In this document: piece by piece, positions 13,193-27,776 of the stretch
Layout: every line of letters begins with the position of its first letter
How positions within the stretch are numbered: the stretch's first letter is position 1
Assembly: GCF_000143415.4 (NCBI RefSeq)
Contig: NW_003314388.1
Location: forward strand, 124,001 to 188,000
Direction of reading: 5' to 3'
DNA: 64,000 bases
Source: Selaginella moellendorffii
Lineage: Eukaryota; Plantae; Lycopodiophyta
The notes under the pieces: generated by a model
Told to the model about the DNA's origin: nothing
What the model saw: the letters and a program-made list of their open reading frames with translations, nothing else
Database searches by the model: none
Position numbers and translations under genes: made by a program

Positions 13193-15768
13193 CGCGATCG
13201 AGATCGATCCAGCGCGAGCGACAAAGAAATATCCCTCGGATAGATCGGCTCTCCCTCCTCGCAGATCCAAATCGGTCCCACTCTAATCGAAATGCTAAGC
13301 TCGCTCTCTCAGATCGGAAATCTCACCTCGCCCCACTCCGATTCATCCCAAATGCCAGTAAAATCTCACTAAGCGCTGCCGCCGCAACAGGAGCTGGAGA
13401 GATTTCCAGGAAGCAAACAAAGAATGGGGACCTAGGAACACACGTTATAAGCTAGGGCTTTATAGAACTCTATAGAAGTCATTCCAACTCGGTCCACTCT
13501 AATGTGGCACAAAATCACCATAGCCAAACACACCAGGACAGACTATTTGGCACACGTGGAAGAAATGCGGATTAATATCTAGCCTCTTGACCTGTACGTT
13601 AGAGAGAAAAAAGGACGATGCCAATTTTATCCATCACAAAGGATAAAGTAGTAGAATTGTGACTTTACTGTTTCTTGTTGGAACTTAAATATCAAAAGGG
13701 CTGGAGCCAATGATGATTCGTAAACATCAACTATTATATAATGGAACTGATGATATTTGCGCGTACACAAAAATTTTAGTGTTTTTATACACATGTCCAA
13801 AGGAGCCAGGAGTAAGCGCGAGCGATATATCCGGAAAGATTTCAATCTTGACAAGGCCACTTCGTTTTTCTTTTTCTACTGCTTCTCTACGTGCTTCTCT
13901 GCGCTTGTCGCCGCCGATGAAGACGACGACGATTGATGCTTTGACTTTTTGGACTTTTTGTGCGCGTTGGCGTGGCTCCGGCTCGGCTTCTTCACCTTCT
14001 TGCTACCACTGGAGTGCCAAGTTTTCTAGTCAGTTTGCTTGAGAGTGCAAGCTCAAATTCAACTCTTTACCTGAAGGTGCTCAACACCAAATGCATCGCT
14101 GCAGCCGCTGGTAGCACCAAAACCGCCATCGCCTATGAGAGGAGAAGCAAATTAGAGCTGTCAAACACGCAACTGGAAATAAATCTCTTACGAGAAACCA
14201 AACGAGCTCTTTACTCGCCGCCCAGCCTGCCGACACCTCGTGCTTCAATAAAAGCCCGCGAACTGAGTTTTGCATCTGAAAGAAAGTGAGACGAATCAGC
14301 AGCTGCCAGCAATATTCGGCTTCTAAGACTTACCTTATTGTGATAATTTACAGCCGAGGTCAGTGCCTCCTTGGAAACTTGATGCACCTTTTCGATGTGA
14401 GGAGCAGCGTATTCTTGAGATTTCTCGTAATAAGGACGGACGTACGCAGCAGCTTTGTCTACGTGCGGCCGAAGCTGTTTCCGTAGAGACTGCAAATGAG
14501 AGAAAGGATGTAAGAAACCTATCCGATACATGGACGATTGCAGACCTTGATGCGAGGCATAAGTTGTTCGTTCGCCTTAACAAAGTGGGGCGACAAGTGA
14601 ACATTGTAGGCCTCTGACACTTTAGAAGCCAGAACTTTGCCGTTCGTGGAGACAGTATTCCAGTACGCACTCGCAGAAGGGCCTACTTTCTGGAGAAAAA
14701 ATGAAGCTCATCTTAAAGCCATTGACAAAAGCAAGATAATCTGTACCTTCTTAAGAGTATCTACGTGAGGTTGAGCCCATTCCTTCGCCGTTGTGGCGTG
14801 TCGAGAGGCCTGATACAGATAATGGTTATAGATGAGACATGCTATTGAAGAAATAATCGGCTTACGTGCTCCGCAGCTTTCTTGAAAACTGGTTCACCGT
14901 GCAGGGTCCAATACACTGCCGAAGTTGACTATACACGCACAACAGATGAATGAAAATATCAACAAAAACACTTCTTACCTGTATCTGCGCTAGTCGGCCC
15001 GCGGCCCACGGTGGCAGCCAAGCCTCGTAAACCTGCAAATCTTGTCACAACGAACGACGAATGAAAAATCGAAACACCTTATAAAGTTCCTGAGCCTTCG
15101 CAGCTGCCTCGGACTCTGCCTTTAGCAGAAGATTCTCAGCTATCTTACGTGCCTCTTCAGCATCACGCGTTTTCTTTCGCAGATGGGCACTGCTCTTCTC
15201 GGCCTGGTTAGAAAAAGAGAATTTTTCTCGCATCAAAGGATTCGAAAAGGATAATCTTCGTGCAAACCTGTGCAAGTTTTGTGGTTAGCTCATCAATTTT
15301 GGCTTCCGACAATTCCAGCTTGTCTTGCAACTTCTGTGTGTTTTCCCTCGACTTTTTCAAGTTCCCCTCGAGTTGTTCCACCTAAAAGTCGCGGGTTACG
15401 ACAGAACAACACGAAAGTACGACCAACAAATTCCACCTTTGATGATAATTCTTCCGCCTTTGCCTCCAGACTCTGAATTTTCTTCTCCAAATCGCCAGAT
15501 GCCCGCTTCTACCCACAGCACAGTCACTTCCAGTCCAAAAAATCGATCTATAGCACTCACCTGGAGAGAATCTACTTCGCTCTCCAATGAAACGATTTTT
15601 TTGCTCTTCTCAAAGGACTCTTGCTTCGCTTGCTTTAAGTTGGAATCTGGCAAGGAGGAAAAACACATTAGACAATGTATGGATGATAAAAGGGATTTTC
15701 TCTACCTGTGACCGACAGCCGTGCCTCCAGCTCCGATACTTGCTTGCGGAGCTCGATAATCTCCCGAT
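12932..15768. repeat. Segmental duplication, copy 2 (partner 1-3085)
   Basis: Direct alignment with 1-3085. Confidence 0.95.
13323..13346 (-). promoter_or_regulatory. Putative uORF (MNRSGAR*) in the PHO1 5' leader; also at 392-415 in copy 1
   Basis: ATG AAT CGG AGT GGG GCG AGG TGA ends ~130 nt before the main ATG and lies downstream of a TATAAA at 13464-13459. Confidence 0.45.
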
Positions 15769-15883
15769 CGAGCTCAGCCTGCCTTAAGTCCCCATCCTCT
15801 ACACCCGCATCGCCCCGAATTCCAACACACAAAATCGCGAAAACCAGCGCGAAGGACAGCAGCGCTCTCCAGATCAATGCCAT
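13876..15883 (-). CDS. Secretory-pathway coiled-coil membrane protein (plant 'myosin heavy chain-related' type)
   Basis: Signal peptide MALIWRALLSFALVFAILCVG, long coiled coil, family motif AWLPPW, PHV/PYY repeats, a TM segment after ELVWFL and a Lys/His/Ser-rich tail. TAG at 13878-13876. Confidence 0.8.
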
Positions 15884-16124
15884 TGATCCAGCCGCCGCTC
15901 CAAAAACCCTAGAACCCACTGCCCAGTCCCTCACACGAGTTTCCTTTCTATCTCCCCTTTCAATGTCTAGGGCTCGTGCCCCGGACGAACGCCTAAGATG
16001 GAGCCACGTGGTAGAATCAGCGACGTGGCGGCATGTAAGACGTCTAGCGTGGCGGTATCTTATGCATTCTTAGAACGAGAATAGAATATACATGGTCTTC
16101 AGTAGAGAGAGCCTCATGGAGAAT

Positions 16125-17299
16125 TTAATAGAGCCTCACCTGAGAGCCACGATCAAAGAGTGACAAAAAAATTGATTTTTTCTTACCCCGAGTGTGGCCG
16201 AAGTGATGAGGTTCCCAACTATAAACATAGCAGCCAGAGCAAAGAAAAAATCCGTGAGCTTTGCTTGAGGATTCACCTGAAATGCCAGAGTTTTCCCTGT
16301 GGCTGAGAAAAAATGGAGTTTTTTGTGGAGTTACCTGGTCTCTATAGACGCTGAAGATCAAGTACGCTGCAACTGGAGCTCCCAGAACAGCAGTGGGAAG
16401 CCAAGATGGAATTTTGTCTTGAGCAGCTTGAGCTTGAGATTGGAACTCGTCGGCCATGGCGGAAAAGCCAATGAAACCGTGAATACCCGCGAGAGTTGCC
16501 AGGAGAAACGAGGGTGCCGTCGCTGGGCTCGTTGATCCGTTTCCTCCACCGCAAGTGTCGTCCTAAGAACATGAAAAGATCAACCCGACGAAAAATACTA
16601 GAAGGGGTTTACTTGCAAGTGTTGCTCGCAGGCGTTAAGAATTTGGTGAGCGAGCTTAGAGACTGCTTGAGCATAGTCCGGTGGATTGAGATTCTTGACC
16701 ATCTCTTCAGCAGCCTGGATAAAATCTAGAAGTGAGCGATAGAAAAATAAAAGAACACAAGAGTAGAACAATCAAGCATTCATGAAGCATATCATCAAAG
16801 ACGATCGAAACGCAATGGATAGAAGAATCCAAAACGATGGAGGATACAAGAAAAAGAACCATGAAACTCAAGCCGAGATCTCCAAGAAACAATCCAACAA
16901 GCTACTTCATACCTGGAAACTCGCCCTTCTTCTCAAATCCGCGACCGCTTCCTTGTAGTCCCACTGCTCGCCATTGCCATTCCCACCACTAGCAGCGCAG
17001 CTAACCCCCTGCGCCACTCTCGCCGCGCCAACCCTGGTCGCATCATTCATCCGGAGCGCCTCCCTGCGCAGCGCATCCACGCATCCCTCCCAGTCCAAAT
17101 CCCGGCAAAGATCAATCAGCGTCGACGCCTCCTCCTCCTCCAGCTTGATCACCCCCTCCCAATTCTCAGGAGCTGCGGCCGCCAATCTCCGCCGCATTCT
17201 GGCGAAGAAGAGCGACGATCCATTTGGCAAGCTGCGATTTCGATGCGCGGGCAAAGCCGTGGAGAAGGATCCCGCGAAGAACTGGATAGACTCTGCCAT
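16125..17299 (-). CDS. Uncharacterised protein with transit-peptide-like N-terminus and two C-terminal TM helices (possibly thylakoid)
   Basis: Exons splice in frame: ...RRRASFQ|AAEEMVKNLNPPDY...HLQ|DDTCGGG...MADEF...VAAYLIFSVYRDQ|VNPQAKLTDFFFALAAMFIVGNLI...|VRLY*. Confidence 0.65.
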
Positions 17300-17569
17300 G
17301 TCTGCCCTAAAACCAGAGGATACGGATTTTTTACTCTTGAAACCTAATTTTGTTACAAATACTCATTTTACTCTAAAACCCTAATTTTGTGAAAAATGCC
17401 CCTCGGTCGAGAAAGGAAGGATATATCAAACTCGTTGATAGAGGCGGTGGTGACGGTGCATGCTTTTGGAAGTTTTGGTCCCCATATAAGCTCGCGGCAT
17501 GGGCAATTCCCAAGGTAGGCAATTCCAATCTTTCGAGAGTGCCCATCCTTCCCATCGCTCCACAAAGAG

Positions 17570-18448
17570 ATGGGAGGAAGAGGATCCAGCAGAGTTACAC
17601 TCACAGCCCTTCTCTTCTCCGCCTTGTTCTTGGCTCGTCTGGAAGCCCAGGTCCCCATCCCGGGCATCGGTGGCGGCGGCGGGGGCGGTATCCCAATTGG
17701 CGGCGGTGGTATCCCAATTGGCAGCGGCGGTATACCCGTGGGGAGCCTCCCGACCATACCGCCCGCGATAGCGCAGTCCATCATCGACACCCTGCGCACC
17801 GGCGGCTTCAGTCTGGCGGGATGGGCGATCAAGGCGCTGTCCAACTTCATCCCCGCCTACTCCACGCTCATGATCCCCACCAACGAGGCTATCGCGGCGT
17901 TCGTCAACCTCAACCAGTCCGAGATACCGTCGCTCCTGCTCTACCACGCGGTCACCGGCGTCCTGCCGTACGACGTCCTCTCGGAGTTCCCGGTTGGCCA
18001 GCGTCTGCCCACGCTGCTCTTCGGCAACCAGCTTGTGGTCACGGACAACAGCGCCGCGGGGTACCGCCTCAATACCGCGCGGATCGTGCGGCCCAACATG
18101 TGCGGCAACTCCACGAGCGTCGTGACGTGCCACGGTATCGACCGCGTGCTCAATCCCTCGTTTAGCCTGGCGTCCGCCAATGGGCCGGCGTCGGGGCCGT
18201 CGGGGGCGTTCGCGCCGGCCAACGCGCCCGGCGGTATGCCGCTGCAGCGCCCGCCGCCGGCGTTTGTAATCCCGGGCCCGGCCATCGCGCCCGGCGCGCC
18301 GCCCGTCACGGTGAACGTGGCGCCCGCGGGGGCCAACGAGACGGGCGGTGCCGCCAGCAGTACCGCGCGGTGCGGCCCGCCGGCCCCGGCGGCGTGCGTG
18401 GCGCTGTTACTATCGGCTCTTTACTGTTCCTTCGTGTCCATCCGATAG
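17570..18448 (+). CDS. Fasciclin-like arabinogalactan protein (single FAS1 domain, probable GPI anchor)
   Basis: Intronless 292-aa ORF: signal peptide, GGGGIPI repeats, FAS1 motifs (TLMIPTNEA, LLLYH, CHGIDRVL), Ala-Pro-rich region and hydrophobic C-terminus. Confidence 0.88.
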   Translation: MGGRGSSRVTLTALLFSALFLARLEAQVPIPGIGGGGGGGIPIGGGGIPIGSGGIPVGSLPTIPPAIAQSIIDTLRTGGFSLAGWAIKALSNFIPAYSTLMIPTNEAIAAFVNLNQSEIPSLLLYHAVTGVLPYDVLSEFPVGQRLPTLLFGNQLVVTDNSAAGYRLNTARIVRPNMCGNSTSVVTCHGIDRVLNPSFSLASANGPASGPSGAFAPANAPGGMPLQRPPPAFVIPGPAIAPGAPPVTVNVAPAGANETGGAASSTARCGPPAPAACVALLLSALYCSFVSIR

Positions 18449-18812
18449 AGGGATGGCGGCATACTATATTTGTTTGTGACAGTTACCGTTTTACACGCTC
18501 TAGAATAAAAATGTATTACTTTTTACCATTCCGTACGGTCGTGTGCCGTGTACGTGCCGGCTAATGCGCCAGTCAGTCAAAACGCTCTCTTTTACCTCTG
18601 GTAGTGGAGCGTGACGAGAGAGCGTGGTTTTTAGGGTTCTTTGCTCTCTCTAGCTAGGTCTTTTCGTCTCGTCTCTTCGATTTAGAGCGGCGGTGCCGGC
18701 GGTACTCCACATTAGAGGTGAGCGGAAATTTTGGAAATTTCTCTTGTTTCTAGGCCCGCATTCTTCCATGGGGAGTATTTCTTAGCTATGTGTTTTGGTT
18801 CCTCTTTAGGAG

Positions 18813-19873
18813 ATGGAGTTTTCCGGCCTTTTTCCGGCGGCCCTTGCGGCTCTGATCTACCTGAGCGTTGCTTCGTGCAACTCCGAAGGTTTGCTCGATT
18901 TTTTGCCTATGAGTGAAATCTCACTTTTGTTCCTCTTTTGGTTTACAGGCGATGCCCTCTACGCGCTGCGAAGAAGCCTGATTGACCCGGAGAATGTTCT
19001 GCAGAGCTGGGACCCGACCCTTGTGAATCCTTGCACCTGGTTCCACGTTACCTGTGATCGTCGGAATCATGTGACTCGCGTGTAAGTTCTCGTGATCGAT
19101 CATCTTCCGAGTAAGTTTCTACGCCTAGAACTAAACTCTTTCTATGTGGACAGGGATCTGGGCAATGCTAACCTCTCCGGCGTTCTCGTCCCGGAGCTTG
19201 GAAGCCTCCAGCATCTCCAATACCTGTAAGTTCTTCTCAACAAGAAACACAAAGTTAGGAAGAGATTATAATCCTCGGTGCTCTCAGGGAGCTCTACAAG
19301 AACAACATCCGGGGCAAGATCCCGGAGGAGCTCGGCCAACTCAAGAGCCTGGTGAGCCTGGACTTGTACATGAACAACTTCACAGGGGAGCTTCCAGCGT
19401 CCCTTGGCAACCTCAAGTCGCTCGTCTTCCTGTAAGTGTCTTGGCCACCAGGAGCTTTAGTGCGCTTGACTGGTTCTTTTAAGACGTGCAGGCGGGTCAA
19501 CAACAACCAGCTGAGAGGGCGAATCCCCCGTGAGCTCACCTCCATCGCGAGCCTTAAAGTCGTGTAAGTCCACTCACTCCCCAGGCGATTCCTGACAGAG
19601 TTCCTCTTTTCTTTTCTTCCGCCTCTACACTTTGTCTGACTCGCGTGCTCGGCTTTCCAGGGACGTTTCCTCGAACAACCTGTGCGGGACGATCCCGACT
19701 TCCGGCTCGTTCGCGAGATTCCCCGCAAAGAAGTGAGTCGTCTTTCTTGACCCAGCACTGTGACCGAGACTGATTCGTCTCTTGCTCGTCTGACTCGCAG
19801 CTTTGAGAACAATCCCCGCCTGGACGGTCCAGAGCTGCAAGGCTCGGTCTTCTACGAGACCGCGTGTACATGA
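18813..19873 (+). CDS. Small secreted LRR protein resembling the SERK ectodomain (no TM or kinase domain)
   Basis: [36 protein letters not shown] exons of ~72/144 nt. Ends [23 protein letters not shown]. Confidence 0.9.
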
Positions 19874-20568
19874 TGGATGGATGGACGGGTACTGCTAGTG
19901 GGTGGATTGATGGTTTTGGTAAAGAAAGAAGCCGTGATGTAGAGGGAAGTACGTTCGCTCGCCCCCTTCCACTTTTTCTCTCGTAGAGTTTGTAAATGCA
20001 GTGTTTTTCTGGAAGCAAGATAGAAAGAACTTATCATCCATCGTTTCGTAGCGTCCTCGTCGATGGCCGGAAGCTTCGCAAAGTGATTGTGGCGGCTCAA
20101 AGTCTTCCTGGGCGTGGTTTTAATGGCTTCTTTTTTCAGAGATATTGTGTTTGGTGCAAACACTAAGTGGAGAAAAATGTGCTGTGGATTTGGCATTAGA
20201 TTGAGTGTCAAAATTTATCTTTTATACGATTTCTTCCCATGTGAGTGATGATCTAGTGGAACACTTTGACTTGGGACCGATTCTTTAATGACCATACCAA
20301 CATCCTTTTTCATGTCAAAAAAATATCACGCTGGCATTTCGATTTCCAAATTATGTTAAAAATAATCGAGCTATTTCCGACAACACACGATCCCATTTTA
20401 CTTGTGGAAATTTTCCAATTACACTAAATTGTTGTTTTTGTTGAGTAGAGGGATGGTTTTAAACTGTGAAAGCTGATGATACAAAAAAATGTGGAGAGCT
20501 TGGATTAGCTGCTCTAGGCTGTAATTTTTGTGCGCTTCCTTCTCCTTGGTTTCTTCTTTTTTGCTGGG

Positions 20569-20610
20569 TCTCTCTCTCTCTCTCTCTCCCTCTCCTCTCC
20601 TCTCCTCTCT
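20569..20610 (+). repeat. (CT)n-rich microsatellite in the zinc-finger gene leader
   Basis: TCTCTCTC... run followed by CTCCT repeats. Confidence 0.8.
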
Positions 20611-20648
20611 TTGATCGATCCAATCTTAGAGATTTTGGATCCGCCGGG

Positions 20649-22065
20649 ATGGGCAGCAAGAGGAGCTTTGAGGACCAACATAGGGAAGAAGAAGAAGAGC
20701 AAGAACAAGAGGAACAAGAAGATCAAGGAAGAGTTCCAGGCGTGGGAGGAGAGGGAACAGCAAGGTATCCCAAGAGGTTGAATCTAAATTCCAGACTAGA
20801 GGAAGAAGAAGAAGGCCAGGCATTAGAACTAGATCGAGGCGACGATCTCGATCAAGCTAGAATCGTCGCTGCTGGGTGTCAAGATCCCAAGCTGGATCAT
20901 CGTGGTCGTCATCACGAGCTCGAGAATGAAGAGATGGAGGAGGAGGAGGAGGAGGATAGCAGCGCGATCGTGACAAGGGAATTCGAGGTGTGTGGCGAGG
21001 AGATTCTAACTTCCTCCTCGACTTCGCCGGCGGCGGCGGCGGCGGCGGTGGCTCATTGTTTCCTTGGCGGGGCCACCACCAAGCTTGGATTCTTGTCAAG
21101 GGACCTGGATCACCACCATCTCTCAAAGCAAGATCACGTCGCCAAGGCGAGAGAGCACTGGAGATCATCCCTCTCGTCCAGCACTTCCGTTGTGTCGGAG
21201 GGCAGCACGTCGCTGGGATCATCCTCAGATCATCAAAGCCCCGCCGCCGCCGCTGCCGCTGCTACCGCCGCCATCGCTCCTCTCGCGCCGGTTGCTCTTC
21301 ACGCTGCCAGCACTGCTGCTGAGAACCACGCGTCGATCGCCACCACCACCACCAATCGCCAATTCTCTTGCACTTACTGTGACCGAAAGTTCCCAAGCTC
21401 GCAGGCGCTGGGTGGCCACCAAAACGCGCACAAGAGGGAGAGAACTGCCGCTCGACGAGCTCACAGTGCTAGGACCGCCGCCGCCGCCACCACCACCACC
21501 GCTATCACCCCCACCATCGGTTTTCCCGGCGGAAGCTCGGGCTCCGCGTTCCACGGGGTTTAACGCCGCCGCCGCCGCCGCCAACAGGCCCCTGGGAGTG
21601 GAATCCCAGTCCACCGTCGCCACGGCACCAAGTAGTCTTCACAAGAACTCCACTCTGCCATCGTCGTCCCACCCAAACTCTGGCGAGCACCACCATAGCT
21701 CCAGCTTCTCCGGATTTGGATTCCACCACCCATCATTGAGCGGCCTGGACTCCAAAGGTTGGTGCGCTGCTGCCAGAGCTGCTTCTTCGTTTCTCGCGGG
21801 ATCGTCGTCTCAACAGCAACACCAGCTGCAAAGAAGCCCGTCGGCCGAGATGTTTGGTCACGGAGTTAAGTCGGGTGTTCGGTTTCATATCAATGGTTTG
21901 GTCGGAGGAGCTCCGGCGGCGGAAGAGCAGCAGCACTACCAACACCAACAGCAGCAACAGCAGCAGCACCAATGCAACCTGTCGTCGTTGAAGAACTCTG
22001 ATCCATTCGAGGATGACTCGGGCGAGCTGGATCTCTCGCTGAGACTAGGAACGAAGCGGCACTGA
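20649..22065 (+). CDS. Single C2H2 (QALGGH) zinc-finger repressor with C-terminal EAR motif; frameshift at ~21555-21558
   Basis: [27 protein letters not shown] in one frame, which stops at 21563. [10 protein letters not shown] and ELDLSLRL* continue in the +1 frame. Confidence 0.85.
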
Positions 22066-22748
22066 TGGTTTAGGATGTCTACGTTCACTTTCCTTTGCAA
22101 CGCTTTTTCACCCTTTTTAACGTTTGTTCGTAGCCGTCCAAACTGTCGTGCTTGCTCGATCTTGCTATACTTTACAGTCTTTCGAGTTGTCTAACGCTGA
22201 TCGCGACAATACCACCACCTCGAAGTAATGCCTCGGGCGAAGAAATCCTTGTTTTGCTTTGCGGGTTGATTCTCTTCCTCGTGTTGTTATCTCGTTGTCT
22301 CTTCTCAATCAGTCCTCAATCATGGTGGCAACATGCTCTTCTTTCTCTTCCTCTTCGCATCTTGGTGGATGTTTCACCTTCTTCTGCCTGGTCAAACAAG
22401 TTGGCATAGAGTTTCCACAAAAATCGTTTAGTTTATCATACCGGATCCGTGGTGATCATATTCCTTCCTTGTAACACTTTGAAATGAGCACGCATTGATT
22501 CGTTCACGGTTCCATACACTAAAAAAAGGCAGCAAGCGTTTCCAAGGCGAGAATGAATGCCGACTTTAAACAAAAAGCAGGAGAAGATTATGCGTGGAAT
22601 TTTTCAAGCACCGATAGAAGCTTCACCCACATCACACCTACGTCGAAGTCAAGGATTGCAAGACCATAAGTAGGAGTGGAATACTACGCACAAACAGTGG
22701 GAAACTTACAAATTGCATTTGGTCGAAGAAAACGCAGGATGTGACTGT

Positions 22749-25955
<3,207 letters not shown>

Positions 25956-27776
25956 GATTTGAATGGGGAAGAGCCCCTTAGGGCTTTGGGTTTTGGCCGA
26001 TTAATATAGAACTTCTGTTAGCATATTTTATGTTTATATAATTCCTTGGACTTTTTTTTTTGTAATTTCAAAACTTACCACTATGAATGAACGTTACTAA
26101 CAAGTTATTCGTAAAACCTGTATAAATTTGACCTTATGCTTTTTATTATGTATAAATTTATGATAAAAATATTAGTTTAGGTATTATATTGCTAGCATCA
26201 CTTATTAAATTCAAAATGATGCATAAATAAGTCACTATAAATTTAATTGAGTACTATTCCATTAATTGTATTTTTTGTTTTACTAAAATGAGAAGCATTC
26301 TATCCATATATAGTAATACAAAAGAAAAAATTTAATGCAGCTACAATGTTATATACTATTATTAGCATAGTGATAGCAGTTAGCTTTGTTTCAATCTAAA
26401 CCACTTGCTTTTGTATATAAACTAAGGTTTTTGGGTTAAATAATATCCACACTTCTATATTCTATTTTCATATTATATACATTCACATTAGTAAAGGTGA
26501 GGGGTAGTTTTGATTGTCCCTGAGGAGTGTTAGGATTTAAGATTTTGATTTAGATTAGCTTTTGCATTGTTTGAATCTTTATTTTCTTATAGCTTTTCTT
26601 AATTCATTCTCTTTTGTTTTTTCCTTTTCATTCATTTTCATAGTAGAGTAGCAACCTCTTCCTCCTTTGACTCTAGAGTAATAATTAGTGCAATTACTTA
26701 ATGTTATATAGTTGTAGTTAAATAATTAAACTCAGTTGATAGCAATATTCATAGCATATGGTATAGCTCCTCTTGCTCTTGTTGTCAACCCCTATGTCTG
26801 GGTAGAGTTTTTCCATGGGAATCTTAGGGATGATGTGTACTATTGATTTGATTATTTTACAGTGATTGCCATATATCATTCTTGGAATAATGCTTAACAT
26901 TTGCATGATTTTCCCACGTATCTCAAAACAATGGCACTATAAGGTACAATGGTTTGAGTGTAGCCACTCATGAAGATTAAAGCATTCTCCCAAACATCTT
27001 CAAATGCATATTTAGACATATTGATAATTATGATAATGCCTTTTAATAATTACATCATCTTTGTTAAGGGCAATCTAAATCAGTGATGCAATTTGGCATT
27101 CATTTCCGAAGCCTCTTGCTTCATGCAAAGCCAAATATGTCGAAGCAAATCAAGTTCAGAATGTTATAGCTAGCACTTAGATTTTGTAGGACTTTGTAGT
27201 GCATGTGGTTTTTACCCTTTATCCTATGGTGATGTGAGACAAAATCCCTAAGCCCTAAAGTGGAGCCAAAAGGGTGCCACGTGGTAGTGGCCAAAGCAAA
27301 AGCCAAACGAGCATAACACATTTGGACTAAAAGCTCCGACTTGAAAGGTTAAGATCAGGAGTGGAACTCCCAATGAAGTGCTTGAGGAACAAATATGAAG
27401 CAAGCAATAAGTGAGTCTTTAGAAAAGAGACACAAGAAGACCGACACATGACACATGGTAGAGTTCGAGATGGACTGAGATGGAGTCCGAAATGGACTCG
27501 AGATGGAGTTCGAGATAGAGTCCGAAGTGGACCAAGATGGAGTCCGAGATGGACCCGAGATGGAGTTTGAGATGGAGTCCGAGATGGAATCCGAGATGGA
27601 GTTCGAGATGGAACCCGAGATGGAGTCCGAGAAGGACCTGAGATGGAGTCCGAAGTCGAGACCGAGACCGGGACCAGGACCGAGACCGAGGCTGAGACCG
27701 AGACCGAGCCTAAGCTCGAGTCCGAGTCTGAGTTCGAGTCTGAGTCCGAGTCCAAGTCTGAGTCTGAGTTCGAGTC

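Noticed and set aside
18813-19873. SERK receptor kinase
   Set aside because: Stops after the LRRs, with no SPP, TM or kinase exons.
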